Part shown: positions 35,735 through 45,592 of the stretch, piece by piece
Layout of the letters: every line of letters starts with the position of its first letter
Numbering within the stretch: position 1 is the stretch's first letter
IMG/VR virus record: IMGVR_UViG_3300008735_000002
Coordinates: 1-64,000 of that record
Strand: one strand, 5' to 3'
Length of the DNA: 64,000 bases
Source: a virus
Program-made: the position numbers and the translations under genes
The notes under the pieces: generated by a model
Databases searched by the model: none
Told to the model about the DNA's origin: nothing
What the model saw: the letters and a program-made list of their open reading frames with translations, nothing else

Positions 35735-36175
35735 TTAATTATGTTTTTTCGGATGAACAAAAGTATATTTTTTGTCCTCTGTTGTGTCCCTTCCATAATC
35801 ATCTTCCAGCCGTATCGGTTCGCCACAATTGCCATCAGAAATTTCAAATACCACACTATCATCTTGAGCAGTCAATCGATACGCGCAACCTGCCTGAATA
35901 TTCAGAATGTCTCCCTTTTTTAGGGTGACCAAGCGCGCTGGCTCTTGAATTGAATTATGAAAGTGTCTTTCATCTGCGATTTCTGCAAGGATCTCTCCAT
36001 GTTGAATATACAGAACTTCATTTTTAGTAGGATGGAACTTAAGACTCGTGCGATGACCTGCTCGAAGGTGAATTTCTTTTCCATGAAACAAGCCGTTCCA
36101 CTGAATTTCATAGCCCCAAGGCTTCTCTTCTGAAGAAGATGTACTGGCCCATACGCATCTATTCATCTGTCTCAA
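35735..36175 (-). CDS. cupin protein (mannose-6-phosphate isomerase type II C-terminal-like)
   Basis: EEKPWGYE, TSLKFHPTKNEVLYIQHG, RLEDDYGR. Confidence 0.75.
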   Translation of the reverse strand: MRQMNRCVWASTSSSEEKPWGYEIQWNGLFHGKEIHLRAGHRTSLKFHPTKNEVLYIQHGEILAEIADERHFHNSIQEPARLVTLKKGDILNIQAGCAYRLTAQDDSVVFEISDGNCGEPIRLEDDYGRDTTEDKKYTFVHPKKHN

Positions 36176-37184
36176 TCAACTCCCACCATCTTAATGTTTG
36201 ATTTAGACCATCCCAGAATTTAACCTGAGGGATCCATCCAAGTTCTTCACTAATCTTATTTATACACCCGAGAGTGTGCTTGACATCGCCCTGTCTTTCT
36301 GGTGCGTGAGCAATGGAAAGTTCAGAAAATTGCTCATTAAGTGTTGCAAGAATTTGGTTATTCGAAACAGCTGTGCCAGTTGCGACGTTGTACATCTCAA
36401 ATCCCAGAATAGCCGGGTAATCAGCAGCAACTAACATCGCATTTGCTACGTCTTTTACATACACCATGTCCCTAGTTTGTTCACCATCACCATCACTTCG
36501 AAGCGGTTCACCGTTCTTTAGTCGTGTACACCACGCAGCAACAGCAGTTGAATAGGGAGAATCCCCCAACTGTCCCGGACCGTACACATTAAAGAACCTT
36601 AGCGCAACAAAATCCATCCCATACAGGCGATTGTACATTTCTCCAAACTGCTCTACCACCAACTTCTGCAACCCGTAGGGAGATGTCGGATCTTCTGCTT
36701 CATTCTCATTTGTGGGAAGTCTAGAAACTTCGCCATAACATGCAGACGAGGACGCGAAAACAAAACGATCGATCTTATCAATGGCAGCAGACATTAATTC
36801 AATTGTTTTTTGAACATTCGTATGCGTCGTAAGAGCTGGAAATTTAACTGAATACTCTACACGAGGATTTGCGGCCAGGTGAAAAATCACATCATACCTT
36901 CCGGCTGCGACGCGCTGTAGAATGGGTCCTGCAGCGAAATCTGATGTAATAACAAGCAATGAACCCGGTTCTTCTACTATCGACGGACCAGTATTGTTTT
37001 GATCATACAGGTGTAGAACGTGCTCAGTAACCGTTCTAAATTCAAGTCCGCTTAAAGTTGCCAGGTCTCCATTCGATAAATCATCAACCCCCTCGACACT
37101 CCATCCGGCAGCAACAAGCTGACGTGTTACATGACTACCAATAAAGCCACAGCAACCTGTGACTAATGCTTTACGTGTATGCAC
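36159..37184 (-). CDS. NAD-dependent NDP-sugar epimerase (GalE/WbpP-like extended SDR)
   Basis: GCCGFIGS, HLAA, ASSSACYG, YGLQK (YxxxK), LRFFNVYGP, RDMVYV. Confidence 0.92.
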   Translation of the reverse strand: MHTRKALVTGCCGFIGSHVTRQLVAAGWSVEGVDDLSNGDLATLSGLEFRTVTEHVLHLYDQNNTGPSIVEEPGSLLVITSDFAAGPILQRVAAGRYDVIFHLAANPRVEYSVKFPALTTHTNVQKTIELMSAAIDKIDRFVFASSSACYGEVSRLPTNENEAEDPTSPYGLQKLVVEQFGEMYNRLYGMDFVALRFFNVYGPGQLGDSPYSTAVAAWCTRLKNGEPLRSDGDGEQTRDMVYVKDVANAMLVAADYPAILGFEMYNVATGTAVSNNQILATLNEQFSELSIAHAPERQGDVKHTLGCINKISEELGWIPQVKFWDGLNQTLRWWELIETDE

Positions 37185-37728
37185 AAAAATCCTCCGCGTT
37201 TAAGTCTTTACTGATTCCTAAAAACATTTTAATCTTCTTTACCTGTTTGTTCAAGTCCATATCATCGGTTTCCAAAATAAGACATTCACATGTCGTCGTT
37301 TCATAAAACGTTCGATAATGTTTATCCAGGACTTTCAGCATTTCCGGTGGTAACTGATCTGGATACTGGTCATCAACCAAACCAGAGTAATCTTTTCGTA
37401 AACAAAGAATGAATTTGCCGTTTACCTCTGCAAACTTATCATCCATCCATGTAATTGCGTCAAGATCAGTAGGACGCTCGAATGCGCTAGCATAAACAAG
37501 CTCACAAGGATAAAAGCGGTCTAAGATAACTGACGCATCTGTTTGGTGCATGAAATCCATCAAAAACGGACCGCCGTACCGCAAAAGGTTAAGAAAGTAA
37601 TCTGGGCTGTCCAATTGTGTTTTCCATTCCCCGGAATTCTTAAAAACAGGAATACCAGTCTGGCGAGAAAGCTCAGCAGCGATATTCGACTTTCCAGTCA
37701 TATCAGGTCCGATGAATGCTATCTTCAT
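37171..37728 (-). CDS. deoxynucleotide monophosphate kinase (thymidylate-kinase-like P-loop)
   Basis: GPDMTGKS Walker A and ILDRFYPCELVY (DR motif). Confidence 0.75.
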   Translation of the reverse strand: MKIAFIGPDMTGKSNIAAELSRQTGIPVFKNSGEWKTQLDSPDYFLNLLRYGGPFLMDFMHQTDASVILDRFYPCELVYASAFERPTDLDAITWMDDKFAEVNGKFILCLRKDYSGLVDDQYPDQLPPEMLKVLDKHYRTFYETTTCECLILETDDMDLNKQVKKIKMFLGISKDLNAEDFCAYT

Positions 37729-38780
37729 GCCCTATAATCACTCAGAATGTGTTCAAGCAAATCAGTCCTATATTCAGGCCTGGGATCGATCACGGTCCTC
37801 AGAGCCTCCTCTTGTGCATCAACAAGAGCTTTCCGTTCGGTAGCGTCCAGCGTCGCGATCCACTTAGTTTTTTCTACAACATCCAACCAGGTTTCAACCA
37901 GCAAAGACTTATCAGCAAGTCCTACCGGAATAGCGTGCTGAAACTCGATCGGAACGAGAGCAGGTACATTACTCTTAATCGCTTCAAAGAATCGACCAGT
38001 GATATTTCCGTAAGGAGTGTAAGCCGGCTTTGTAATATGAGTTACAGTAATTGATTCGTTCAGCACTTTGAAGATATCTTTATAAGCCAGCCGGGGACCG
38101 AATGCCACATTCGGTGTCTGAGCCAGCAAAACGGCGGGATCGATTCTCTCAGGTGATTTATTCAACCAGTTTCCATAAATCATAGTCTGAATACCAGCTT
38201 CTCTGAGGACAGGGCTGGGGGTCGTATAGTATTTCGCGAATTGCTCTTCACGCTCGTAGTTATTCCCAACGTAAGTATAGTTGTAAGAGTACTCGACTGG
38301 CTCGAAATACCTCTTCATATAATTGCACCATGGAATCGTAATTCGCTTACGGGTCTGATGACGAGGAGAAACACACGCGTCTGCTAAGACGGCGTTAGGC
38401 CAACGAAGCTCTTCTTCGGGAGTCATCTTAAGGTCACCATCGACAATAACAATTGGAATACCCTGCCCATGGTAATAATCAAGAACCTCACACTGACGAT
38501 TGTAGTCCGGCTCAGCGGGATTTTCTCCGCTATTTTTCCAAGTTGGCCAACGCCATTCGACATACAAGATATCACCATCCGGAAATCCAGCGTCATCATA
38601 TTCTACGCCGGGATATTGCTCATCATCCCGCATACGCTGTAGCTGAACAGGGGTATGACCACGCTTTAGTAATTCATTTACCCAATCCACACGATTGCCA
38701 CGCTCACCGTCTGGTGTGTTGACAACGCTGTTCTTTTCAAGGGGAGTAATAAACCCCCAAAAACTGTAAAGTACTCTCAT
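37725..38780 (-). CDS. GT-B glycosyltransferase resembling T4 DNA beta-glucosyltransferase
   Basis: By-eye match to T4 BGT as remembered: VIVDGDLK (TDIRL), YVGNNYERE (YGGSFRSGQRE), MIYGN (EFFGN), NITGRFFEAIKS...IEF (FITLRVWETMAS...EEF). Confidence 0.7.
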   Translation of the reverse strand: MRVLYSFWGFITPLEKNSVVNTPDGERGNRVDWVNELLKRGHTPVQLQRMRDDEQYPGVEYDDAGFPDGDILYVEWRWPTWKNSGENPAEPDYNRQCEVLDYYHGQGIPIVIVDGDLKMTPEEELRWPNAVLADACVSPRHQTRKRITIPWCNYMKRYFEPVEYSYNYTYVGNNYEREEQFAKYYTTPSPVLREAGIQTMIYGNWLNKSPERIDPAVLLAQTPNVAFGPRLAYKDIFKVLNESITVTHITKPAYTPYGNITGRFFEAIKSNVPALVPIEFQHAIPVGLADKSLLVETWLDVVEKTKWIATLDATERKALVDAQEEALRTVIDPRPEYRTDLLEHILSDYRA

Positions 38781-38801
38781 TATTTCTCCGAGTTACTATT
38801 C

Positions 38802-38830
38802 ATTATAGCAAGTCTAAGCATTGTTTTCAA
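38802..38830 (-). promoter_or_regulatory. sigma70-type promoter for the glycosyltransferase operon segment
   Basis: TTGAAA-17-TATAAT with TGn extension. Confidence 0.75.
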
Positions 38831-39932
38831 GCTCACGCTTAGCTTTTACAAGAGCAGAACCAATCACCTGATGCATATCATAGTACTTGTACTCTGCCAA
38901 TCTTCCACCAAAAATTATCCCATCTTGTTCAGCAGCGAGGGCTGCATACTTCTTAAACATAGCACCGTTCTTCTCATCATTGATCGGATAATAGGGCGTC
39001 TTACCCCTGCTATATTCGTCAGAGTACTCTCTTGTAATGATTGTATTCTTAAGCTTACCCGCTGTTGCTGGTAAAAAATGCTTGTGCTCTACAATTCTTG
39101 TGAATGGAACATCTGGGTGTGTATAGTTCACTACAGCGTTTCCTTGAAAATCACCCTCGAGCTCTTCATGCTCAAACCGCAACGTCCGATACTCTAGCTC
39201 ACCATAGCGAAATCCGAAGTATTCATCGATCTTTCCAGTAAACACAACCTTGTCAGCAAGAGAATCAAACTCCTCCTTATCTGAAAAGTAATCAACACCC
39301 GTCCATACTGAAACACCTTTCAGCATATTTGCCACCATTGAAGTATAACCGTCAATCGGGATACCCTGATATTTGTCAAAGAAATAATTCTCTTCAAATA
39401 CCATCCTAATCGGTAGACGCTTAATAATAGAAGCCGGTAGTTCTTTCGGATCACGCTGCCACTGCTTCATTGTATAACCCTTGATAAACGTCTCATACAC
39501 CTCACGTCCAACCTGGGATAAGATCCAGTCCTCAAGGTTGTCTGGATTCTCGCATGGGATCCTGACTTCTTCTAACTTCTTCTCAGCTTCTGCTGGTGTC
39601 ATAACACCCCAAAGCTGGTGTAGAGTCATCAGATTAATTGGGAATGAAAAGATCCGATCATTGAAGCGAATTTTTGGCTTGTTTACATAATTGTTAAACG
39701 TAGCAAAACGATTAACATAATCCCAGATCCTCTCATTATTCGTGTGAAAAATATGAGCACCATAGACATGAACGTCTACACCGTTCCGCTTTTCGGAATA
39801 AACGTTCCCACCGATGTGAGGGCGTTTATCAATTACCAGACACTCTTTACCAGCATCAGTCATCTCTCTAGCGAATGTCGCTCCAAAGATGCCTGCTCCT
39901 ACAATCAGATAGTCGTACTTTCGACGGCTCAT
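38814..39932 (-). CDS. glf: UDP-galactopyranose mutase
   Basis: IVGAGIFG, HIGGNVY, YGAHIFHT, YQGIP, YRTLRFE, TRIVEHKHF, PYYP, GRLAEYKYYDMHQ. Confidence 0.95.
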   Translation of the reverse strand: MSRRKYDYLIVGAGIFGATFAREMTDAGKECLVIDKRPHIGGNVYSEKRNGVDVHVYGAHIFHTNNERIWDYVNRFATFNNYVNKPKIRFNDRIFSFPINLMTLHQLWGVMTPAEAEKKLEEVRIPCENPDNLEDWILSQVGREVYETFIKGYTMKQWQRDPKELPASIIKRLPIRMVFEENYFFDKYQGIPIDGYTSMVANMLKGVSVWTGVDYFSDKEEFDSLADKVVFTGKIDEYFGFRYGELEYRTLRFEHEELEGDFQGNAVVNYTHPDVPFTRIVEHKHFLPATAGKLKNTIITREYSDEYSRGKTPYYPINDEKNGAMFKKYAALAAEQDGIIFGGRLAEYKYYDMHQVIGSALVKAKRELENNA

Positions 39933-40960
39933 TGCCTTCTCCTAATATTGAAACGATAACCGCTAAATTTCAAATTTTCAAGCATTTCTTTAGCTAACTC
40001 TTTATCTCCAAGCTTTCTCATTCTATCAGCCGCTAAGATAATACCCCAATCGTGCCACATAAATGCGTCCCTTGACGAATACGCAAAGGCTCTTCGAAAG
40101 CCATGCTCAACGGCAGATGAGCTGTTGCACTTACGAAGGTCTTCTTCAAAACTCATCAGCTTCTCAATAAAGAAATTTCTTTGATCTGAACAGTCACACT
40201 CAATCGGTGGCATCGGTCCATTCCGCTTGTACAGCTCAAACTGTGATCGATTTACATTCGATGTTTTAAGAATCGTCTCGGCCATCTCAAAATGTCGTTC
40301 ATAGATATGCAGAGAATTGCTCATATGAGTGTACGACCCGAGCTCGACCCCGAGTTCATTGGCAAGAAGCTCTTGAAAAAGAGTAAAAGCTGGAATGTCA
40401 TAAGCGATTCCAAAAATTACATCAGAACTTCTCATATTAACAATCTGGTGCAGCTTTCCATCACGGATAAAAAATTGAAGTGCAAGTGTACAGGGGACAT
40501 CTAGCTTCGCATCTACGCTATCATCAGGAACACGAAGATGCATGACTGCCCGACGCGAATCAGGATCCCTCTGCAATTCTTCTATGATATATTCCCACTG
40601 ACTAAATCGTCCTTGAGCGATTTTGTGGTGAGGCTGAAACAGTCTTGCGCCGTACGCAGAGTTTGCTGTTACTCCATCATCAGAAATATCGCGCCAAAAA
40701 TTAGAATAATTCGCAATCCACTCCGTCTTATTGCTTCCTGACAAATACCAGATAAGCTCGGCGACCATATAAGTCATGCTAAACTTTCTACCGGTAACGT
40801 AAGGAATACGATCACGTGGATTTGTAATCGTAAAAGAAGCTCCTAAGAGTTCTTTGACCCTCTGCCCGCGTGGAGCAGATTCGTAAGTCGGATTTTCATA
40901 AACATGTCTTACCAAAGACAAGTAACAGTGAGTGAATGATTGATATGTGCCAATATGCAT
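39929..40960 (-). CDS. thymidylate-synthase-fold dCMP-modifying enzyme (T4 gp42 hydroxymethylase-like)
   Basis: GASF, AELIWY, NSAYG, DPDSRR, catalytic PC, MRSSDVIFGIAYD (Asp in place of the dUMP-specifying Asn), SLHIYERH. Confidence 0.88.
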   Translation of the reverse strand: MHIGTYQSFTHCYLSLVRHVYENPTYESAPRGQRVKELLGASFTITNPRDRIPYVTGRKFSMTYMVAELIWYLSGSNKTEWIANYSNFWRDISDDGVTANSAYGARLFQPHHKIAQGRFSQWEYIIEELQRDPDSRRAVMHLRVPDDSVDAKLDVPCTLALQFFIRDGKLHQIVNMRSSDVIFGIAYDIPAFTLFQELLANELGVELGSYTHMSNSLHIYERHFEMAETILKTSNVNRSQFELYKRNGPMPPIECDCSDQRNFFIEKLMSFEEDLRKCNSSSAVEHGFRRAFAYSSRDAFMWHDWGIILAADRMRKLGDKELAKEMLENLKFSGYRFNIRRRQ

Positions 40961-41013
40961 GTTACAAATTTACTCCAATTAGGTTTAGATGTAGACTTTT
41001 TGTACCAAGCTAA

Positions 41014-44000
41014 TCATATACGAAGAAGCTTAATTTTTCTCATAGAAGTTTGATATCCGAAATCATTTTTCTTGATCTCAGCAACGCAAAGGCTGTACAA
41101 CGGTAGATCCGTCTCCCCATCCCAACCCCAACAGAACATTCTATAATTCTTACCATCGAGCCCTGTAGCTGTCACAAGCAGATAAGGACGCTTATTCTTC
41201 GTAAGCTTCGGCTTAACATCTGACACCAAGAACCAGTAGAGATCATGTCCCCTGGCATCGATTTCATCAATGCATCTGATTTCTTTTGAAGCAAGCCGTT
41301 CCTGCACGTCTTCGCTAATCAATGTCGAGGCGTTGAACGACCCAAAGTGCTTTACACTGTTTTCGACCATCTCTCGCCGGGACCACCCACCAATACCTGC
41401 TGTATCGAGCAGCGCTTCGTTGAAGTTATTACGGCCCCGATTAGGGTCACGCTTGGTCCACTTTTTAATGTCTGTGTTGTGGTTAATCAGTACTTCATGC
41501 ATGTGCTTGTAGCTTTCGAACATTTTATCCGAACCGACAACGTCCATCGATTTGAACGCACGAATGTTAATTAACGCTTCAAGCGCCCGCTTGTTGAACT
41601 TCGAATGCTTCCACTTACCGTCCTCATCCCAGAGCAAGTCTTCAATGGACTGATATGGCCTGTTCCTAACTAGCTCATCAATAGCAGCTTCACCGATCCC
41701 CTTACAAGAAAGCAGAGATGGCATAAACTTCTTGCCCTCAAGAATCGTCCACTTCTTAGTAGCGTAGTTGATATCAATGGGAACAACCCGATGACCAAGC
41801 GCCTTCACTTCTGCAAATGCTTTTGCGCGCTTCTTATCGTTACCAGACATAGCCTCCAAATAAGCGCAAAGCCACTCTTCCTCGAAATATGTCAGCAGCC
41901 ACGCGCAGTAGTACGAGTCAATAGCATAACAGACTGCATGAGATTTATTGAAGCCGTAACCAGCGAAAAACAAGATCTTTTCGTATAGGTCATCGGCCAA
42001 CTGGCGATCGACGCCATTCTTAACCGAGCCAGCAACAAACTGCTCCTTAATAGCTCTCGCTTTCGCGAGACTTTCCGCGGCTTCCGAAGCTTTTCGCTTC
42101 ATAATGCTACGACGGACAGTGTCTGTTTCTTCTTCCGGGAAACCCGCGACCACAGAACAGAGCTTCATGATCTGCTCCTGGAAGACGATTAGACCGTATG
42201 TCTCCTCCAGCACTTCCTTGATCAAGGGGTGACCGTAGTCAACAGCTTCAGGATTATTCTTTGCCTTAATATAGAGACGGTCAACTTTCGCAGTTAACGG
42301 TCCAGGGCGATAAATAGACGTCAGCGTTGCAATGTCAACAATACTCTTTGGCTTAGCTTTCTTAAAAAGATTTTGAGCGCCGCGTCCCGCCAACTGAAAA
42401 ATGCCAGCCCATCGACCAGAAGCATAAACATGTTCGTAGACATGTTGATCATCCATATCCAAAACTTTAGGGTTCATATTATTGTCAAACCACTCGTAAA
42501 CCTGCGAGAACGTGGGCTCTTCAATTCCTTCTCTCCGCTGGAGAATCAGCTCAATAGTTCGTTGGATAATACGAAGCGTTTCAAGACCGAGAAGATCGAA
42601 CTTGATCCACCCGAAGGTCTCAAGGTGCTTATAGTTCATGCCTTCGACCCATGGGGTCTGGAGCTCACCACGAGCTTTGATCAACGGCATCCTTTCCGCA
42701 ATATCCTCTGCGACAATACAACCCCCAGCATGACGACCAAGAGCCTTGTTCTGCTTGAACAAAACCTGAATCGGCGCAGCTACTTCTGGATGGGCTTCGA
42801 TAAACGCCCTGAATGTCTTTGAGTGAGCTAGGGCATCTTCGTAAAGTAAAACAAACAGATTTTTATCTGTCCCCTGCTTAAACACAGCACGCTTTACATC
42901 TTCTTCAACAGGAGCCAACGCCTTATTTACCTCGTTAAACGGGATACCATAAAAGCGAGAAATATCCTTGACAAGAGACTTTAACTTGAAAGTGTTGTAA
43001 TTCGAGATGGGAACAATATTTTCGTCACCCCACTTATCTTTCATCATATTGATAAGTAAATCACGATCACCTACGTCAGTATCGATATCGGGAGCACCCT
43101 CACGAGACGGATTCAGAAAACGGCCGAACATAAGATCGTATTCAAACGGATCAACGTCTGTTAACTTAAGAACATAAGCGACCAAGCTTCCGGCGGCAGA
43201 ACCGCGACCGGGACCGACAAGCATTGCTTTTTTTGCAATACCGATAATCGCAGCCATAGTCAAGAAATAACGAGAGAAATTCTTGTCTTTGATAATCTTT
43301 AGCTCGTACTTTAGCCTCTCAATGTACTTAGGGTCGTTCGCCAAACCGCGTTCGACAAGCCCCTTCTTACAAGCTTCAAGAAGCGCTTTATCATCTGTCT
43401 GTCCCTCGGGAACGACGTAAGATGGAAGCTTCATGGTACGATCAGGAATAATTTCACTGATTTCTTCATGCACAATCTGGTGCGGCCGCTCAATCGCTGC
43501 CTTCATAACCTCATCATTGTAGAAGTCCATGCCTTCAGTGCTTTCTAGATATGTATCCCATACCTGCTGGGCGTTCTTAGGATATAGCTCGCACTTAAGC
43601 TCTTCTTTCGACTGTGGAAGCTTTGACGGATCAAAATCACGGTAGTTCAGCCACCCAAGCTTCTTATAAAGCTCACGCTCGCGCCAATGTTCTGGGCGAG
43701 CATAATGAGAATCAGTCGTTACGACAAGCTTATCATTCAAACCGTTGTTGTTGGCAAATTCAATAATTGCACGATTAACGAGATGTTGAGCAGGAAGCTT
43801 ATTAAATTGAAGCTCAAGATGCACATCATCAATACCGACTGCATCGACCAGACCCTGGTACGCATTTCCAACACCAGTCATAACGCTATTTCGAAATGAC
43901 GGGTCATTCATGAGCTTATAACTCAAATCATCAAATTCTACCTGCTGAGCATGTCTAAACACCTCATAAGCAATCGGGCCACCGATACAAGCTGTTGAGA

Positions 44001-44634
44001 CCATCAAGTGGCCACCCTCAGCTGCTTCCCTTAGCATTTTATAATCGATTCGTGGGAAGCGATAGAAGCCCTCTCTGTAACCACGGCTGACAAGATGAAA
44101 TAAACGCTGAAGGCCTTCGCTTGTCTTGGGAAGAACAACTAGATGATGGCGGCGCTTGATCGGATCATAGAATTTTGATGACTTCGTTTCCTCTTCATTT
44201 TCGATAGTCAACCCTGCTTCTTCTTTTCCAATATCGATAATCTCATCATCACCATCCACAACAGCAGTCAGCGGGGTCGCAATCGCTTCACGACGAGTCC
44301 GAAGATCGAATAGAGCTTCTTTATCACCCTTCTTCGCAGCTTGACGAATCTCATAGTCTAATTGCCATGCATCCAAATCTGGGTGCACATACATCTCACA
44401 ACCGGGAACAAACCTAAATTTTCCTCCCCGCTTTTGAACTTTTTCAGCATGCAAAAAAGCATGACCAAAAGAATTCATGTGACCATGATTCGTGAGGCAC
44501 CAACCATCCATACCATTTTCAATAACAAAATCTATATGTTCTTGAGGGTAGCCAAGGCCATCGAATGTGCTAAACCCATCATGTGAATGAAGGGAAATAA
44601 ACTTACTGGGTGGAGCAAGTGAGGTCTTTCGCAT
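41014..44634 (-). CDS. dnaE: DNA polymerase III alpha subunit (family C)
   Basis: PHP LHSH...DG, TNHG, GCE, TDSHY; GPGRGSAAGSLVAY; PDIDTD; GRHAGG; KFDLLGL; YGFNKSHA. Confidence 0.97.
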   Translation of the reverse strand: MRKTSLAPPSKFISLHSHDGFSTFDGLGYPQEHIDFVIENGMDGWCLTNHGHMNSFGHAFLHAEKVQKRGGKFRFVPGCEMYVHPDLDAWQLDYEIRQAAKKGDKEALFDLRTRREAIATPLTAVVDGDDEIIDIGKEEAGLTIENEEETKSSKFYDPIKRRHHLVVLPKTSEGLQRLFHLVSRGYREGFYRFPRIDYKMLREAAEGGHLMVSTACIGGPIAYEVFRHAQQVEFDDLSYKLMNDPSFRNSVMTGVGNAYQGLVDAVGIDDVHLELQFNKLPAQHLVNRAIIEFANNNGLNDKLVVTTDSHYARPEHWRERELYKKLGWLNYRDFDPSKLPQSKEELKCELYPKNAQQVWDTYLESTEGMDFYNDEVMKAAIERPHQIVHEEISEIIPDRTMKLPSYVVPEGQTDDKALLEACKKGLVERGLANDPKYIERLKYELKIIKDKNFSRYFLTMAAIIGIAKKAMLVGPGRGSAAGSLVAYVLKLTDVDPFEYDLMFGRFLNPSREGAPDIDTDVGDRDLLINMMKDKWGDENIVPISNYNTFKLKSLVKDISRFYGIPFNEVNKALAPVEEDVKRAVFKQGTDKNLFVLLYEDALAHSKTFRAFIEAHPEVAAPIQVLFKQNKALGRHAGGCIVAEDIAERMPLIKARGELQTPWVEGMNYKHLETFGWIKFDLLGLETLRIIQRTIELILQRREGIEEPTFSQVYEWFDNNMNPKVLDMDDQHVYEHVYASGRWAGIFQLAGRGAQNLFKKAKPKSIVDIATLTSIYRPGPLTAKVDRLYIKAKNNPEAVDYGHPLIKEVLEETYGLIVFQEQIMKLCSVVAGFPEEETDTVRRSIMKRKASEAAESLAKARAIKEQFVAGSVKNGVDRQLADDLYEKILFFAGYGFNKSHAVCYAIDSYYCAWLLTYFEEEWLCAYLEAMSGNDKKRAKAFAEVKALGHRVVPIDINYATKKWTILEGKKFMPSLLSCKGIGEAAIDELVRNRPYQSIEDLLWDEDGKWKHSKFNKRALEALINIRAFKSMDVVGSDKMFESYKHMHEVLINHNTDIKKWTKRDPNRGRNNFNEALLDTAGIGGWSRREMVENSVKHFGSFNASTLISEDVQERLASKEIRCIDEIDARGHDLYWFLVSDVKPKLTKNKRPYLLVTATGLDGKNYRMFCWGWDGETDLPLYSLCVAEIKKNDFGYQTSMRKIKLLRI

Positions 44635-44656
44635 AGAGTCTCCAGATTAGTTTATT

Positions 44657-44872
44657 CTAAAGGAAATCTGGAATATTTTCAGGATGGGTGGGCATTTTCT
44701 GTAAAGAAAGTGTTTCTACGTAGACTATTGTATTTGATATTAAAAGGGCAGTTGTTTCATGGTCTACAGAAATAACCAGACCAGAATCGCCAGGGGTCAA
44801 CACATAGCTTCGCATCTCATCATCTATGCCTACATGCGAATCCATTATCACAGCAATATCACCCGGTAACAT
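44657..44872 (-). CDS. small hypothetical protein
   Basis: MLPGDIAVI start motif. Confidence 0.5.
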   Translation of the reverse strand: MLPGDIAVIMDSHVGIDDEMRSYVLTPGDSGLVISVDHETTALLISNTIVYVETLSLQKMPTHPENIPDFL

Positions 44873-45581
44873 TTAGCTTTTCTCTTTCAGAAATTAACGC
44901 GATTAGATCTTCCTTAGAAAAAGTATACCCTCTTTGCTTCAAGACACGATCAAGCATATGGACGCGGACTCCGGGGAGACCTAACGATTCTCCCCAAGTC
45001 CACTCGACAGTATTTTCTATAGTCGCGATATCATACTTTATCTTTCTTACACGCGTTTCAAGCAAGGGGATCAATGCTCGATCCTCTAAACCAGAATCCA
45101 ATTTAAGCTCAACTGCGGCGCCGACGAGGTCTTCAAAATTTCCAGATTCAAGAGCTGTACTAGCCCTAAGAAAAATCTTCTGTAATTCTTCTCTCATACC
45201 TTCATCGCTTACTCGATCAGGATGGGTCATCAACGCAATCTTTTTGAATAATTTTTTTGCCCACTCTGGTATCTCTTGTTTTGTATCTTCGGATTGACCG
45301 ATTTCATCTTCAACTTCTTCGAATCCGTCTTGCGTCTTCGTATATTCTTGAAATTTCTTAGCTAGATCAATCTCAAGCGAATCGGGGGCTGGTGGGGTTT
45401 TGTCTTCAATTTGTGAAAAAAACTCTTCAGCTTTCGTAGTAAAAAAATCTAAATCTTTAGAATACTCGTGTTGATAATCGTCAAATAATTCAGAAATCTC
45501 AAAATAATAATGTTGCAACATCTGTAGCTCAGATTGCAATATTCGAATTTTTCGGCGAGTTATTCTTGAAGGCACGTGCAT
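44859..45581 (-). CDS. J-domain-like (HPD) protein
   Basis: WAKKLFKKIALMTHPDR...F..A..A resembles DnaJ helix II-HPD-helix III. Confidence 0.65.
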   Translation of the reverse strand: MHVPSRITRRKIRILQSELQMLQHYYFEISELFDDYQHEYSKDLDFFTTKAEEFFSQIEDKTPPAPDSLEIDLAKKFQEYTKTQDGFEEVEDEIGQSEDTKQEIPEWAKKLFKKIALMTHPDRVSDEGMREELQKIFLRASTALESGNFEDLVGAAVELKLDSGLEDRALIPLLETRVRKIKYDIATIENTVEWTWGESLGLPGVRVHMLDRVLKQRGYTFSKEDLIALISEREKLNVTG

Positions 45582-45592
45582 AGTGTTACTAA

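Noticed and set aside
39929-40960. Ordinary thyA
   Set aside because: Asp replaces the dUMP-specifying Asn, and thyX is present.
44150-44370. Intein in dnaE
   Set aside because: The insert is short, with no N-terminal Cys/Ser plus C-terminal His-Asn splice signature and no endonuclease motifs.
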